Both the position numbers and the translations under genes were made by a program. This document shows positions 10,370 through 20,715 of a stretch of DNA of 64,000 nucleotides, in pieces. Positions within the stretch are counted from its first letter, which is position 1. Each line of letters begins with the position of its first letter. Under the pieces are notes generated by a model. It was given only the letters and a program-made list of their open reading frames with translations. It was not told the DNA's origin and ran no database searches. Source of the stretch: Cenarchaeum sp. (GTDB taxonomy: Archaea > Thermoproteota > Nitrososphaeria > Nitrososphaerales > Nitrosopumilaceae); contig CBDESU010000002.1 in the NCBI GenBank assembly GCA_965242695.1, positions 256,001 to 320,000 of the forward strand. Reading direction: 5' to 3'.

Positions 10370-12811
10370 ATGGTTTGCGGTGCAGGTTCGGCCCGTCCCC
10401 GGCCGCCGTCCCTGTTGCTTGCCGTTGCCGCCGCGGCCGCCCTGTCGTTGCTCCTGCCTGCTGCGGTGCCGGGGCCGGATGCTGCCCATGCCCAGTCCAT
10501 GCCCCCGCCGGCCGCCGGGAATTATACCGCCGGCAACTATACCGCCGGCGACGGCCCCGGCGAGTTCAGGGCGCCGGAGGGCGTTGCCCTGTTTGAGAAC
10601 GGCACGCTCGTCGTTGCCGACACGGGCAACCATCGCATCCAGGTGTTCGGCCCCAACGGCATGTTCCTGTTCGCGTTTGGCTCGGAGGGCGACGGCCCCG
10701 GCGAGTTCAGGGCCCCGGCGGCAGTTTCTATCGACTTGTCGGGTGGTCGGCTCGTCGTTGCCGACACGGGCAACCATCGCATCCAGGTGTTCAATTTCAG
10801 CGGCGCCCACGTCCTCACGTTCGGCTCGGAGGGCAATGGTACGGGGGAGCTCCGGTTTCCGGCGTCGGCCACCGGAGGCATAAACTTCTTTGATGATTTC
10901 GTCGTTGCCGACACGGGCAACCATCGAGTCCAGACCTTCTATGCCAACGGCACTCATGCCCGCACATTGGGATCGCATGCCGATCGTCACTCGTTTGGAA
11001 CGTACGGCAATGACAGTGACTGGGAGTTTGAGAGCCCAATGGCCGTCCTTAGCCGGCTTGGCAGCTTGGAGTTTGCCGTTGCCGACACGGGCAACGATCG
11101 CGTCCAGGTTTTTAACTACCATCACGATCGATTGATCGAGTTGACGTATGAACGGAGTCTAGGATCTCACGGCGACGGCCCTAGGGAGTTTGACGGCCCC
11201 AGGTCGCTTGACTGGGCGCGTGGGTCTAGGATGATCGTTGCCGACACGGGCAACGATCGCGTCCAGCAGGTTGCGAGCACCACTACCGTGTTCGACTTTA
11301 CGTTCGGGTCGCACGGCTCCGGCCCGGGCGAGTTCATGGCGCCGGGGGGCGCATCCATGAACTTTGCCGAAAAGCTTGCCGTCGCCGACACGGGCAACGA
11401 TCGCGTCCAGGTATTCCATCCAAACCGGACGCTACACTTCATACTTGGGTTGCAGGGCGACGGCAACGGCACGGATCCCGTCCGGCGGCCGCCGCCGGAC
11501 GGCAACGGGGGCACGCCGCCGCCGGACGGCAACGGGGGCACGCCGCCGCCGGACGGCAACGGGGGCACGCCGCCGCCGGACGGCAACGGGGGCACGCCGC
11601 CGCCGGACGGCAACGGGGGCACGCCGCCGCCGGACGGCAACGGGGGCACGCCGCCGCCGGACGGCAACGGGGGCACGCCGCCGCCGGACGGCAACGGGGG
11701 CACGCCGCCGCCGGACGGCAACGGGGGCACGCCGCCGCCGGACGGCAACGGGGGCACGCCGCCGCCGGACGGCAACGGGGGCACGCCGCCGCCGGACGGC
11801 AACGGGGGCACGCCGCCGCCGGTGCCGCCGGCCGACCTCTCCCACATCGCCCCTGACCGGAACGGCATGCTTCCGCCCAACCAGACCGGGATCTCGAGAG
11901 AGGCGGCTACAGTCGAGTTTGCCCTCCGCACCAACTTTACCCGCTCCGGCACCGGGGAGGCGTACACCGGGCAGATCAACGTCACGGTTGCCAGCGACGA
12001 GAGGCGGGCGGTAGCCTTGGCCGCTCTTGCGGGGCTTGGGAACGCAAGCGCGGCCGGCAGGATTGGCACCGTCGTGGAGATCGGCAGCCCCGATGCGGAC
12101 ATTGCGCTGGACGGCATCGCGATCATACTGCTCCAAGGCCAGCCGCCGCATGCCAAGCTCTACCACATGGACAGCGCCGGCCGCATAACGGAGGTGCCCG
12201 GGTGCGGCAGCGCCGCGGATCCGGCAGGCTGGTTGGGGGGTGCCCCGGCCTCGACGCCGTTCTGCCATGCCGCATCGGGAGGTAGTGCTGAGATGTGGGA
12301 CTATGCGGTCTACACTTACCGCCTGAGCGCGTTCTTCGCAGTCGGGGCGCCTCTGCTGTTGCCGCCGCCGACGGGCGGCGCGGACAGCTGCTCGATAGGC
12401 CTTGCCGACGAGTCACTTGCCGTGAGCGCCGCCCCGGGCAAGGCCTCGCAGCCGGTCCGGCAGACCATAAACAACACGGGCTCGCTGGTCGTCAAGAGCG
12501 TCGAGATCAGCGCGACGCGGTGGTTTCTCGATCCCGTGGGCGATCCCCCGCACGGCGCGGATGCCGCATCGCTGCCGTCTACCCTCACCGAGATAAGCAC
12601 GGTGGATCCTGCCCGCGGCGCGTTCGCGGCCCTGCCCGCGGACGGGACGGCGTCGCTGCCGCTGGATGACGGCCTGCGGCCCGACGGCGAGCGCCACCTG
12701 TGGTTCAGGATCAACTTGGACGGGGCGGCGCCCCCGCCGCCGCCCCCCGACGGCGGGCTACTCGTGCAGAGTGTGGAGTATATCGCCGAGTGTGCCGCCC
12801 CGCCGCCCTGA
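10370..12811 (+). CDS. Secreted NHL-repeat beta-propeller protein with a Pro/Gly tandem linker
   Basis: Signal peptide; six VADTGN(H/D)R(I/V)Q NHL blades; (PPPDGNGGT)12 linker; Cys-bounded C-terminal domain. Confidence 0.85.
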   Translation: MVCGAGSARPRPPSLLLAVAAAAALSLLLPAAVPGPDAAHAQSMPPPAAGNYTAGNYTAGDGPGEFRAPEGVALFENGTLVVADTGNHRIQVFGPNGMFLFAFGSEGDGPGEFRAPAAVSIDLSGGRLVVADTGNHRIQVFNFSGAHVLTFGSEGNGTGELRFPASATGGINFFDDFVVADTGNHRVQTFYANGTHARTLGSHADRHSFGTYGNDSDWEFESPMAVLSRLGSLEFAVADTGNDRVQVFNYHHDRLIELTYERSLGSHGDGPREFDGPRSLDWARGSRMIVADTGNDRVQQVASTTTVFDFTFGSHGSGPGEFMAPGGASMNFAEKLAVADTGNDRVQVFHPNRTLHFILGLQGDGNGTDPVRRPPPDGNGGTPPPDGNGGTPPPDGNGGTPPPDGNGGTPPPDGNGGTPPPDGNGGTPPPDGNGGTPPPDGNGGTPPPDGNGGTPPPDGNGGTPPPDGNGGTPPPDGNGGTPPPVPPADLSHIAPDRNGMLPPNQTGISREAATVEFALRTNFTRSGTGEAYTGQINVTVASDERRAVALAALAGLGNASAAGRIGTVVEIGSPDADIALDGIAIILLQGQPPHAKLYHMDSAGRITEVPGCGSAADPAGWLGGAPASTPFCHAASGGSAEMWDYAVYTYRLSAFFAVGAPLLLPPPTGGADSCSIGLADESLAVSAAPGKASQPVRQTINNTGSLVVKSVEISATRWFLDPVGDPPHGADAASLPSTLTEISTVDPARGAFAALPADGTASLPLDDGLRPDGERHLWFRINLDGAAPPPPPPDGGLLVQSVEYIAECAAPPP
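11489..11812 (+). repeat. Perfect 27-bp tandem repeat x12 (PPPDGNGGT)
   Basis: Unit ccgccgccggacggcaacgggggcacg; 324 bp = 12 units; in frame. Confidence 0.95.
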
Positions 12812-12826
12812 CGTCAGGGCCGCGGG

Positions 12827-12840
12827 CTTGAATTTTTTTG
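12827..12840 (+). terminator. Putative oligo-T terminator after NHL gene 1
   Basis: CTTGAATTTTTTTG 15 nt after the stop codon. Nearly the same motif follows NHL gene 2. Confidence 0.5.
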
Positions 12841-12898
12841 GGCGGCCGCGACGCCTAGGGCCGAAGCTTTTATTAATACCCCCTCCCGCGTCGTCGGG

Positions 12899-15800
12899 TT
12901 GCCGACGTCTCGGGCCTTCCTGCCGTTGCTCGCCATTGCCGCTGTGGCGGTGGTGTTGGGCGCCGCCCCGCTTGCGGCCTATGCCGAGACCGGTGGCGAT
13001 GCAATGGACGGCCTGCGGCCCGGCACGATCGTTGTTGCCGACACTGCCGGCGATCGCGTCCAGGTGTTCAGCCCCGACGGCGCCCATGCCTTTGACATTG
13101 GCTCGCGTGGCGCAGGCGACGGGCAGTTCTCGGCGCCCGAGGGCGCCGCGATAAGCGCCGACGGCTTGATTGCCGTTGCCGACACTGGCAACCATCGCGT
13201 CCAGGTATTCTATCCGAACGGCACGTTTGCCCGCGCCTTCGGGTCGCAGGGCAGCGCCGTCGGGCAGTTCACGAGCCCCGCAGCCGTTGCGTTCGCGCCG
13301 CAGGGCGACCTGCTCGCCGTTGCCGACACGGGCAACCATCGCGTCTACATTTACCACGTCGACGGCGTGCCGGCATTCATGGCCGGGTCGCAGGGCTCTG
13401 GCCCCGGCGAGTTCTCGGGGCCGAAGGGCGTGGCGATCACGCGCGATCGCCTGCTCGCCGTTGCCGACACGGGCAACGATCGCGTGCAGGTCTTGGAGCC
13501 CGACGGCACGCCCGTATTCGAGTTTGGATCCCGCGGCTCCGGCAACGGGCAGTTTGCGGCCCCCCACGCCGTCGACCTGGACAGGGAGGGCGCGCGGCTC
13601 ATCGTTGCCGACACGGGCAACCATCGCGTCCAGGTGTTCGATTACGTAGGGCGCGGCGAGGCAAATCAAGCCGCCGAGTTCTCGTTTGCCGTGGGCTCGT
13701 TCGGCATTGGTAACGGGCAGTTTGCATCCCCCGCGGCCGCCGCCTTTGATACGGCCGGCGCGCGGCTCATCGTTGCCGACACGGGCAACGACCGCGTCCA
13801 GATCCTAGACGGCGCCGACGGCGGGTTCGTTTCCGAGTTCGGGGGACTTGGCGCGGCAAGTGGGCAGCTCGGCTACATGAAGTATCCATCGGCCGCGTTG
13901 CCTGCGTTGCCGCCGTCGATCATGTCGGTAGCGCTGCCGGGCGGCGCCGTTGGGGCCGGCGCCGTTGGGGCCGGCGCCGTGGGCGGCATGTCTGGCCATG
14001 GGCCGTCTATTTTGCCTCCCCAAGTCAAGTTTAACGCCCCGTTTGCCGTGGTTGATACCGGGCATGACCGTGTCATGTTATTCAGCGGCGAGGGCATCCC
14101 TATTCTCCATTTGGGGAATGCAGGTACTGCCCGCGGCGAGTTCCACACCGTGGTGGCGGCCGCCTATTCCCCGTCGGGTGACATGATTGCCGTGGCCGAC
14201 GAGCACAGGAACCGCATCCTGCTGTTCCACTTCAACGGCACGTTTGCCGACGAGTTCGGATCTGATGATCCCATCCGCGCCAACTTCGGCCGCTCCGGCG
14301 GCTCTGGCCCAGGGCAGTTCAACGGGCCCGTGTCCGTGGCATATTCCCCATCGGGCGACAGGATTGCCGTGGCCGATCATGGTAACAATCGCGTCCAGTT
14401 GTTTTACCCTGACGGCGACTTTGCCCTCGCGTTTGGCAAGTCAGGTACGGAGATCGGGCAGTTTGATCGGCCGTATTCCGTGTCGTATACACCGTCGGGC
14501 GACAGGATAATTGTGGCGCATGAGGGCACTCACGGCGCCCAGATCTTTTACCCCGACGGCACGCCCGCCGGGACGCTTGGATCGTACGGGGGCGGCAGTA
14601 ACGAGTATCAGTTTCCGCGTTCCGCACAGTATACACCGTCGGGCGACAAGATCGCCATGGCTGATTTCAACAACCACGGCGTTTGGGTTATCGGGGCCTA
14701 CGGCGCATTCGCTGACAAGTTCGGAACGAGGGGGTACGGCGCCGGACAGGTTAACTCTCCGTACTCGGCTACCTATTCCCCGACCGGCGACGTGATCGCC
14801 GTCGCCGACACGGGCAACAGCCGCATCACCCTGTTATTCGCCGACGATGGGGCGCCCGCCGGCGAATTCGGGGAACGGCAACCGGGATCACGTGTCTATT
14901 TTCAGTTCCCGCGTGACATTGTGTTCGCGCCGCCGCCCCCACCGCGTTCCCCGTTGCCAGGCATGCTGGCCGTCGCCGACTCCGGCAACGATCGCGTGCA
15001 GATGTTTCGGGGCGACGGCACGTTCGCAGGCAAGTTTGGATCCACCGGCAACGGCAGCAGGGAATTCAACAAGCCAGTCGACGCGGCATGGTCGCCGGAC
15101 GGAAAGAAGATCGCCGTCGCCGACTCCGGCAACGACCGCGTGCAGGTGTTCGCGCCAAACGGCGCCCACATCCTCGCGATCGGCACGTCCGGCACCGGCA
15201 ACGGGCAGTTTGACGATCCGACTTCCGCGGCATGGTCGCCGGACGGAAAGAAGATCGCCGTCGCCGACTCCGGCAACGATCGCGTGCAGGTGTTCAATGC
15301 GACTGACGCCAGCCACATCCGCACGTTCGGCACGTCCGGCACCGGCAACGGGCAATTCAACAAGCCCGTCGCCGCGGCATGGTCGCCCCTTGGCCTTCGC
15401 ATCGCCGTCGCCGACTCCGGCAACGACCGCGTGCAGGTGTTTCGGCCCGACGGCACGTTTACTCTAAAGTTCGGCGAGCGGGGCACCGGCAACGGGCAGT
15501 TTGACGATCCGGCTTCCGCGTCATGGTCGCCGGACGGAAAGAAGATCGCCGTCGCCGACTCCGGCAACGACCGCGTGCAGGTATTCCACGCCAACGGCAC
15601 GTTCATCCTAAAGTTCGGCGAGCGGGGCACCGGAAACGGGCAGTTTGACGATCCGGCTTCCGCGTCATGGTCGCCGGACGGAAAGAAGATCGCCGTCGCC
15701 GACTATAACGACCGCGTGCAGGTATTTCATGCCGACAACGGCACGCTGGACGTCAAGTTCGGCGAGCGTGGCGCCGGAAACGGATACCTTTCGAATCCCC

Positions 15801-17656
15801 GTTCCGTCGCATTCGCGGACGTGTCGATGCCGTCGCCCGATATAGGCCCTGCCGCGCCCCCTGCCGACATGCTAACGCCTGGCATGATCGTCGCAACAGA
15901 GCAGGGCAACCACCGCGTCCAGCTATTCCACGCCAACGGGACGTTCGTATCCGCGTTCGGATCAGAGGGCAGTGCCAACGGCATGTTTACCCGGCCCGCG
16001 TCCGCGGCCGTCAATCCGCACGATCACAAGATCGCCGTCGCCGACATGGACAACCACCGCGTCCAGGTATTCCACGCCAACGGGACGTTCAACTTTGCGT
16101 TTGGATCGCGGGGCACCGACCACGGAAAGTTCGAGTTTCCGAATTCCGTGGCGTATTCCCCAAGCGGCAAGAAGATCGCCGTCGCCGACTATGGCAACAA
16201 CCGCATCCAGGTATTTGATGCCGCCAACGGCGCGTTCGACTTTTCGTTTGGATCCTACGGGTTCCAAAACGGCCAGTTCCAAACGCCGCGCGCGGTAGCA
16301 TACTCCCCGAACGGCGCAAACATTGCGGTTGCCGACGGGTGGAATAACCGCGTGCAGATATTCCACGCCGCCAACGGCGCGCATATCCGCAACGCGGGTT
16401 TGGGAGAGGGCACCGCCGACGGCCAATTCAACCTTGTGCGTTCCGTCGCGTATTCCCCCGACGGGAGCAAGATCGTCGCCGTCGATCGCGGAAACAACCG
16501 CGTGCAGGTATTCCACGCCGGCAATGGATCCCACGCCCTTACGTTCGGGGCCGAGGGGGCCGGCAACGGTAATTTTAACAAGCCGATCGTCGCCGCATGG
16601 TCGCCGGACGGCGCATCAATAGCGGTAGCCGACCAGGGAAACGACCGCATCCAGGTATTCGATGCCGAGACCGGCGCCTTTAACTTCACGCTCGGCGGGC
16701 CCGGTACCGTCAACGGCAGGTTTGATCGGCCCATATCCGTCGCGTTCGTTCCGCCGCCAGCGTTCACATATCTCGCTGTCGCCGACCGCGGCAACCACCG
16801 CATCCAGATATTCGGTGCGGACACCGGCGCCTTTGTTTCCAAGTTCGGGCAACTCGGCAACGACGACGGGGAGTTCAACCTCCCGACAGGTATCGGGTAT
16901 TCGCCCGACGGCGAGCGGCTGGCCGTGGGCGACTATTATTCCAGTCACCGCATCCAGGTGTTCGATGCGGACACCGGCGCATTCGTGTTCAAGTTTGGGC
17001 AGTTTGGTAGAATCGCAAACGGGTCGCTCAACTACCCGACCGATGCCGCATACTCGCCCGACGGCGAGCGGCTGGCCGTGGCCGACTTTAGAAACCACCG
17101 CATCCAGATATTCGATGCGGACACCGGCGCCTTTGTTTCCAAGTTCGGGCAGCGCGGCTACGGCAACGGGTCGTTCTCATATCCGATATCCGTCGCCTAC
17201 TCGCCCGACGGCGAGCGGCTGGCCGTGGGCGACCAGAGCAGCCGCATCCAGATATTCGATGCGGACACCGGCGCCTTTGTTTCCAAGTTCGGGCGAAGCG
17301 GCACCGCCGACGGGTCGTTCGTCGGTATGTTTGGAATTGATTACTCGTTGCCCGACGGCGAGCGGCTGGCCGTGGCCGATCGCTTTAACCACCGCATCCA
17401 GGTGTTCGATGCGGACACCGGCGCATTCGTGTTCAAGTTCGGGCAACACGGCAACGCCAGCGGATCGCTCATCTATCCGAGCGATGTGGCCTACTCGCCC
17501 GACGGCGAGCGGCTGGCCGTGGCCGATCGCTTTAACCACCGCATCCAGGTGTTCGATGCGGACACCGGCGCATTCGTGTTCAAGTTCGGGCAACACGGCA
17601 ACGCCGACGGGTCGCTCTCATGGCCGGTGTCCGTCGACTATTCCCCGTTGCCGTAG
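12899..17656 (+). CDS. Large secreted multi-propeller NHL-repeat protein
   Basis: 1585 aa; TTG start after TTTTATTAATA (~12868-12878); signal peptide; about 30 NHL-type repeats (SPDG.rIAVAD.gN.R(I/V)QVF) grouped by Pro-rich linkers. Confidence 0.9.
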   Translation: MPTSRAFLPLLAIAAVAVVLGAAPLAAYAETGGDAMDGLRPGTIVVADTAGDRVQVFSPDGAHAFDIGSRGAGDGQFSAPEGAAISADGLIAVADTGNHRVQVFYPNGTFARAFGSQGSAVGQFTSPAAVAFAPQGDLLAVADTGNHRVYIYHVDGVPAFMAGSQGSGPGEFSGPKGVAITRDRLLAVADTGNDRVQVLEPDGTPVFEFGSRGSGNGQFAAPHAVDLDREGARLIVADTGNHRVQVFDYVGRGEANQAAEFSFAVGSFGIGNGQFASPAAAAFDTAGARLIVADTGNDRVQILDGADGGFVSEFGGLGAASGQLGYMKYPSAALPALPPSIMSVALPGGAVGAGAVGAGAVGGMSGHGPSILPPQVKFNAPFAVVDTGHDRVMLFSGEGIPILHLGNAGTARGEFHTVVAAAYSPSGDMIAVADEHRNRILLFHFNGTFADEFGSDDPIRANFGRSGGSGPGQFNGPVSVAYSPSGDRIAVADHGNNRVQLFYPDGDFALAFGKSGTEIGQFDRPYSVSYTPSGDRIIVAHEGTHGAQIFYPDGTPAGTLGSYGGGSNEYQFPRSAQYTPSGDKIAMADFNNHGVWVIGAYGAFADKFGTRGYGAGQVNSPYSATYSPTGDVIAVADTGNSRITLLFADDGAPAGEFGERQPGSRVYFQFPRDIVFAPPPPPRSPLPGMLAVADSGNDRVQMFRGDGTFAGKFGSTGNGSREFNKPVDAAWSPDGKKIAVADSGNDRVQVFAPNGAHILAIGTSGTGNGQFDDPTSAAWSPDGKKIAVADSGNDRVQVFNATDASHIRTFGTSGTGNGQFNKPVAAAWSPLGLRIAVADSGNDRVQVFRPDGTFTLKFGERGTGNGQFDDPASASWSPDGKKIAVADSGNDRVQVFHANGTFILKFGERGTGNGQFDDPASASWSPDGKKIAVADYNDRVQVFHADNGTLDVKFGERGAGNGYLSNPRSVAFADVSMPSPDIGPAAPPADMLTPGMIVATEQGNHRVQLFHANGTFVSAFGSEGSANGMFTRPASAAVNPHDHKIAVADMDNHRVQVFHANGTFNFAFGSRGTDHGKFEFPNSVAYSPSGKKIAVADYGNNRIQVFDAANGAFDFSFGSYGFQNGQFQTPRAVAYSPNGANIAVADGWNNRVQIFHAANGAHIRNAGLGEGTADGQFNLVRSVAYSPDGSKIVAVDRGNNRVQVFHAGNGSHALTFGAEGAGNGNFNKPIVAAWSPDGASIAVADQGNDRIQVFDAETGAFNFTLGGPGTVNGRFDRPISVAFVPPPAFTYLAVADRGNHRIQIFGADTGAFVSKFGQLGNDDGEFNLPTGIGYSPDGERLAVGDYYSSHRIQVFDADTGAFVFKFGQFGRIANGSLNYPTDAAYSPDGERLAVADFRNHRIQIFDADTGAFVSKFGQRGYGNGSFSYPISVAYSPDGERLAVGDQSSRIQIFDADTGAFVSKFGRSGTADGSFVGMFGIDYSLPDGERLAVADRFNHRIQVFDADTGAFVFKFGQHGNASGSLIYPSDVAYSPDGERLAVADRFNHRIQVFDADTGAFVFKFGQHGNADGSLSWPVSVDYSPLP

Positions 17657-17692
17657 ACGTTCGCTAGGACGGCGCCGGTAGCGGCTTGTTGT

Positions 17693-17705
17693 CTTGAATT
17701 TTTTG
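17693..17705 (+). terminator. Putative oligo-T terminator after NHL gene 2
   Basis: CTTGAATTTTTTG, the same motif as 12827-12840. Confidence 0.5.
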
Positions 17706-17730
17706 ACGGTTTCCGTGCAGTGCATGCCCT

Positions 17731-17802
17731 GGCGGGCCGGACGGGCCCCGCCCCCATGGCCCATGGGGATGGCCGCCGGCGGGCCGGACGGGCCCCGCCC
17801 CC
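17731..17802. repeat. 25-bp GC-rich direct repeat x2 with a central hairpin
   Basis: ggcgggccggacgggccccgccccc at 17731-17755 and 17778-17802; ccccatgg/ccatgggg inverted repeat between them. Confidence 0.7.
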
Positions 17803-18716
17803 GCCCCAGGCGCCGACGTTGATTATTCGTAAGTGATCAGGTGATCTGGCCGCTCTAGACGTACTTTACGAGCTCCTCCCGGTAGTCCTTGCCCTGCGAC
17901 TTCCACGTCATGACACAGGCGAACAGGTTGCCCATCCACTCCATCGTCTCGACGGCCCGGATGGCCCCGCGTATCTTCCTGTGCACGACGATCTCGCGCA
18001 GCCCGCGCTCGGCGATGTTGTTCGTCGGGGGGATGGTGGGGTCCACCACAAACTCGAACAGGTCGCCGGCGGCCCGGTCCAGCTTGCCCATGAACTTGCC
18101 GAGGACGGGATCGTCGATGTACTGCCGCGCGATGTACCGCGTCCGCCGGATCAGCCGCCTCCGGGCGGCCTTCCTGGCCCCGATCGTCTTGCACGTCTTG
18201 GATGCGGCGACCGCATCGTTGAATATCCTCTCGATCATGCGCGTGACGTGCGCCGCGTTCCAGTCGTCCTGGTTTTTGGCCTGGATGTCGTGCATCTCGC
18301 GCAGTATGTGCGCCCAGTAGCGCTGGATGTGGTACGCCCAGTACGCCTGCCACCCGTCGCAGACGATCGTTCCGGCCCACTTTCCGAGCACCTCCTCAAG
18401 CACCTTGCGGCCCCTCGAGTCCCGTATGACGTAGACCGCCATGCCCGTGATCGGGTCGGTTATGATCCAGACCCACACCAGCTTGCCGTTGAGGCTGAAC
18501 TACGTCTCGTCGACGTTGAGTACGTTGCAGGCTAGCAGCATCGCCGCCAGGATCGCGTTTGCCGGCACCGCCAGGGCCTTGCCCGTCCTCTTGACCACGT
18601 TGTGGGCGGTGCCGGCCGACATGGGGACGCCCCTGCGGGTCATTTTTTCGGCGATCCTGCGGTTCGTCAGGCGGTCGACAAAGTTTTCGGTCGTCTCCAC
18701 GACCACGTTCTTGCCG

Positions 18717-20182
18717 TAGTAAACGAGTTAGGGAATGAGAGTATACGGGGACAAATCTTGGTTGTAGCGGCCAATAGACGGCAATTTTGGCGTCAACGAG
18801 GCAAAAAACCGCCCGAATGTCGCCAAACGAGCAGGGGCCACCAATTTTATGGCGCAGGAACATTTTGGGGTGACACTGCAGGGGAAATCGACCTGAAATT
18901 GGCAGGAAGGTTCGGGGCCGCGGGCCCGCCGCGCGTCCCGCGGCGGCGCGTGTGATGCCAGCGCGCGGATCAGTTGTAGTACGGAGAGTGCACGACCTTT
19001 TTTTCCACCCTGACGGTGCAGCGGCGCGGCCTCGGCCTGTTCTTGTCCCTTGCATACGAGGCGATCGGCACGATCAGGGCGTCGTCGCTCAGCAGAACCT
19101 TGCGCACGCCCTTCTTCAGGGCTTCGGTGTCGGCAAACGCGATGTTGGCAATCGCCTTGCGTATCACGCGCCACTGGATCTCGATCGAGTTGAGCTCGGG
19201 CGTGTACGGCGGCAGGTACACGAGGACCAGGCGGCCGCCGAACTCTTCCTCCAGGCTCTCAATGTTGCCTGCATGGTGGGCCGATGCGTTGTCGAGGATC
19301 GCCATGACCCACTCCCTGCGGGCCAGCTGCTTGCGCAGGAACCACTCGATGGCTTCGCTGTTGATCTTGTCAAAGAACTCTATGTCCAGCTCCCCGTCGT
19401 ACAGGGCGCCGAGCATGTGGGTCCTCTTGCGGGACAGCGTGACGGGCGCAAACCGCGTCTTTCCGGTCGGGTACCAGCCGCGCTGCATGTTCCACCCCGC
19501 GATGAGCGAGGCCGAGTCGATCATGCAAACCGAGCAGCCCTTCCGCCACCCCCTCATGGCGGCGACCCTGCGCTTGAACCTGGCCATTTCCTTCTTGGTG
19601 GCCGCCTTGGGGTGCCGCGGCCGCGGAACCCTGCTGGACAGCCCGATGCGGTGCAGCAACAGCTGCATCCCGCGCACGCCGTAGTCCACCTTGAACTCCC
19701 TCTTGACGACGGGAATCAGACGCCGCGCCGTCCACGCGTCGCCCGAATAGCCGTGCTTGGCGGGGCCCTCCTCGACTATCTCGTACAGCTTCCTGCACTG
19801 GTCGTCGTCAAGGCGGCACCTTGCGCCCTGCCTCTTCTTGAGGTCTAGGGCTGAGGGGCCCTCGCGCGCAACGGCCAGCAGCCAACGGTGCACGGTCGAG
19901 TATGGTACCTCTAGCTCGGCCGCAATGGCCGGAATCTCCATGCCCTTCTTGCGTTTTATGCATGCCTTGATGCGGTCTGCCTTTGTCCTGTTGGTTTCCT
20001 TCTTGAGCATCTTCTTTAGCTTGCCCACGGGATAGTTGATCAAAAGCTTTCCGCCCTTGGGTATCTCCTTACTTATTCTCATTGCCCGGCAGCGATCTAC
20101 ACCGTGTTTTTAATGTATGCCGCCCCGGCAGGCCACGGCCACCTGCCCCCCTGCATTCTCTCATCTTTAGACTCGTTTACTA
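18717..20182 (-). mobile_element. IS630-family element nested in IS66
   Basis: Inverted ends TAGTAAACGAGT (plus atgagag further in). Removing the element and one flanking CG restores GCG TAC GGC AAG in the IS66 reading frame. Confidence 0.9.
18970..20082 (-). CDS. IS630-family transposase (intact)
   Basis: HTH (IAAELEVPYSTVHRWL), winged HTH (WTARRL...LHRIGLS.RVPRP), DDE motifs IDS, LDNASAH and YLPPYTPELNSIE. Confidence 0.93.
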   Translation of the reverse strand: MRISKEIPKGGKLLINYPVGKLKKMLKKETNRTKADRIKACIKRKKGMEIPAIAAELEVPYSTVHRWLLAVAREGPSALDLKKRQGARCRLDDDQCRKLYEIVEEGPAKHGYSGDAWTARRLIPVVKREFKVDYGVRGMQLLLHRIGLSSRVPRPRHPKAATKKEMARFKRRVAAMRGWRKGCSVCMIDSASLIAGWNMQRGWYPTGKTRFAPVTLSRKRTHMLGALYDGELDIEFFDKINSEAIEWFLRKQLARREWVMAILDNASAHHAGNIESLEEEFGGRLVLVYLPPYTPELNSIEIQWRVIRKAIANIAFADTEALKKGVRKVLLSDDALIVPIASYARDKNRPRPRRCTVRVEKKVVHSPYYN

Positions 20183-20573
20183 CGTACGCGCCCTCGTCGG
20201 GGAGGCCCGTCTCGGGAGTAAAGCCCTTCAGCCCGCACTTCTTGCAGTCGTACTCGCCGATGGTGTGCTGCGTGGTGACTTCCTTGGGCGGGGGAGGCGT
20301 CTCCGTGATGTTTCGGGTGTGCTCACCCGTCCTCTCGATCTCTTCGCTCTTGCACCTGCGGCAGTTCTTCGCCGCGTGCTCCTTGAACTCGGTCGGCTTT
20401 GGCTTCCGGGTGGTTCCCTTGTGGCCCTTTTGCCCGCCTGGGCGCCTCGCGGTCGTGTCCGCCGCCTTTTTGGCGCGGGCGGACCGCTTCTTGCGCGCCT
20501 TCTCTGCCTTTCCAGACAGGGTGTTGTGCGAGGGGGGGCGTATGCGGCCCGCCGTCGTGCGCGTTTGCGCGCT

Positions 20574-20715
20574 TGAGGGCCTCGATCTCGGCATCCTTGC
20601 GCTCGTTGTCGGCCCTGAGGGCCTCGATCTCGGCATCCTTGCGCTCGTTGTCGGCCCTGAGGGCCTCGATCTCGGCATCCTTGCGCTCGTTGTCGGCCCT
20701 GAGGGCCTCGATCTC
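20574..20715 (-). repeat. 42-bp tandem repeat x3+ encoding coiled coil RADNERKDAEIEAL
   Basis: Three identical units plus a partial unit in the IS66 N-terminus. Confidence 0.9.

Noticed and set aside
11489-11812. 27-bp repeats as a CRISPR array
   Set aside because: Head-to-tail with no spacers, and in frame within a CDS.
18500-18502. In-frame TAG as pyrrolysine or readthrough
   Set aside because: The gene is also broken by an IS insertion and a frameshift, so a nonsense mutation is simpler. No pyl genes are seen.
256-20540. Programmed frameshifting at 262, ~8495, ~8655 and ~20535
   Set aside because: No canonical slippery heptamer with downstream structure was recognised. Single-base indels fit decay or long-read errors better.
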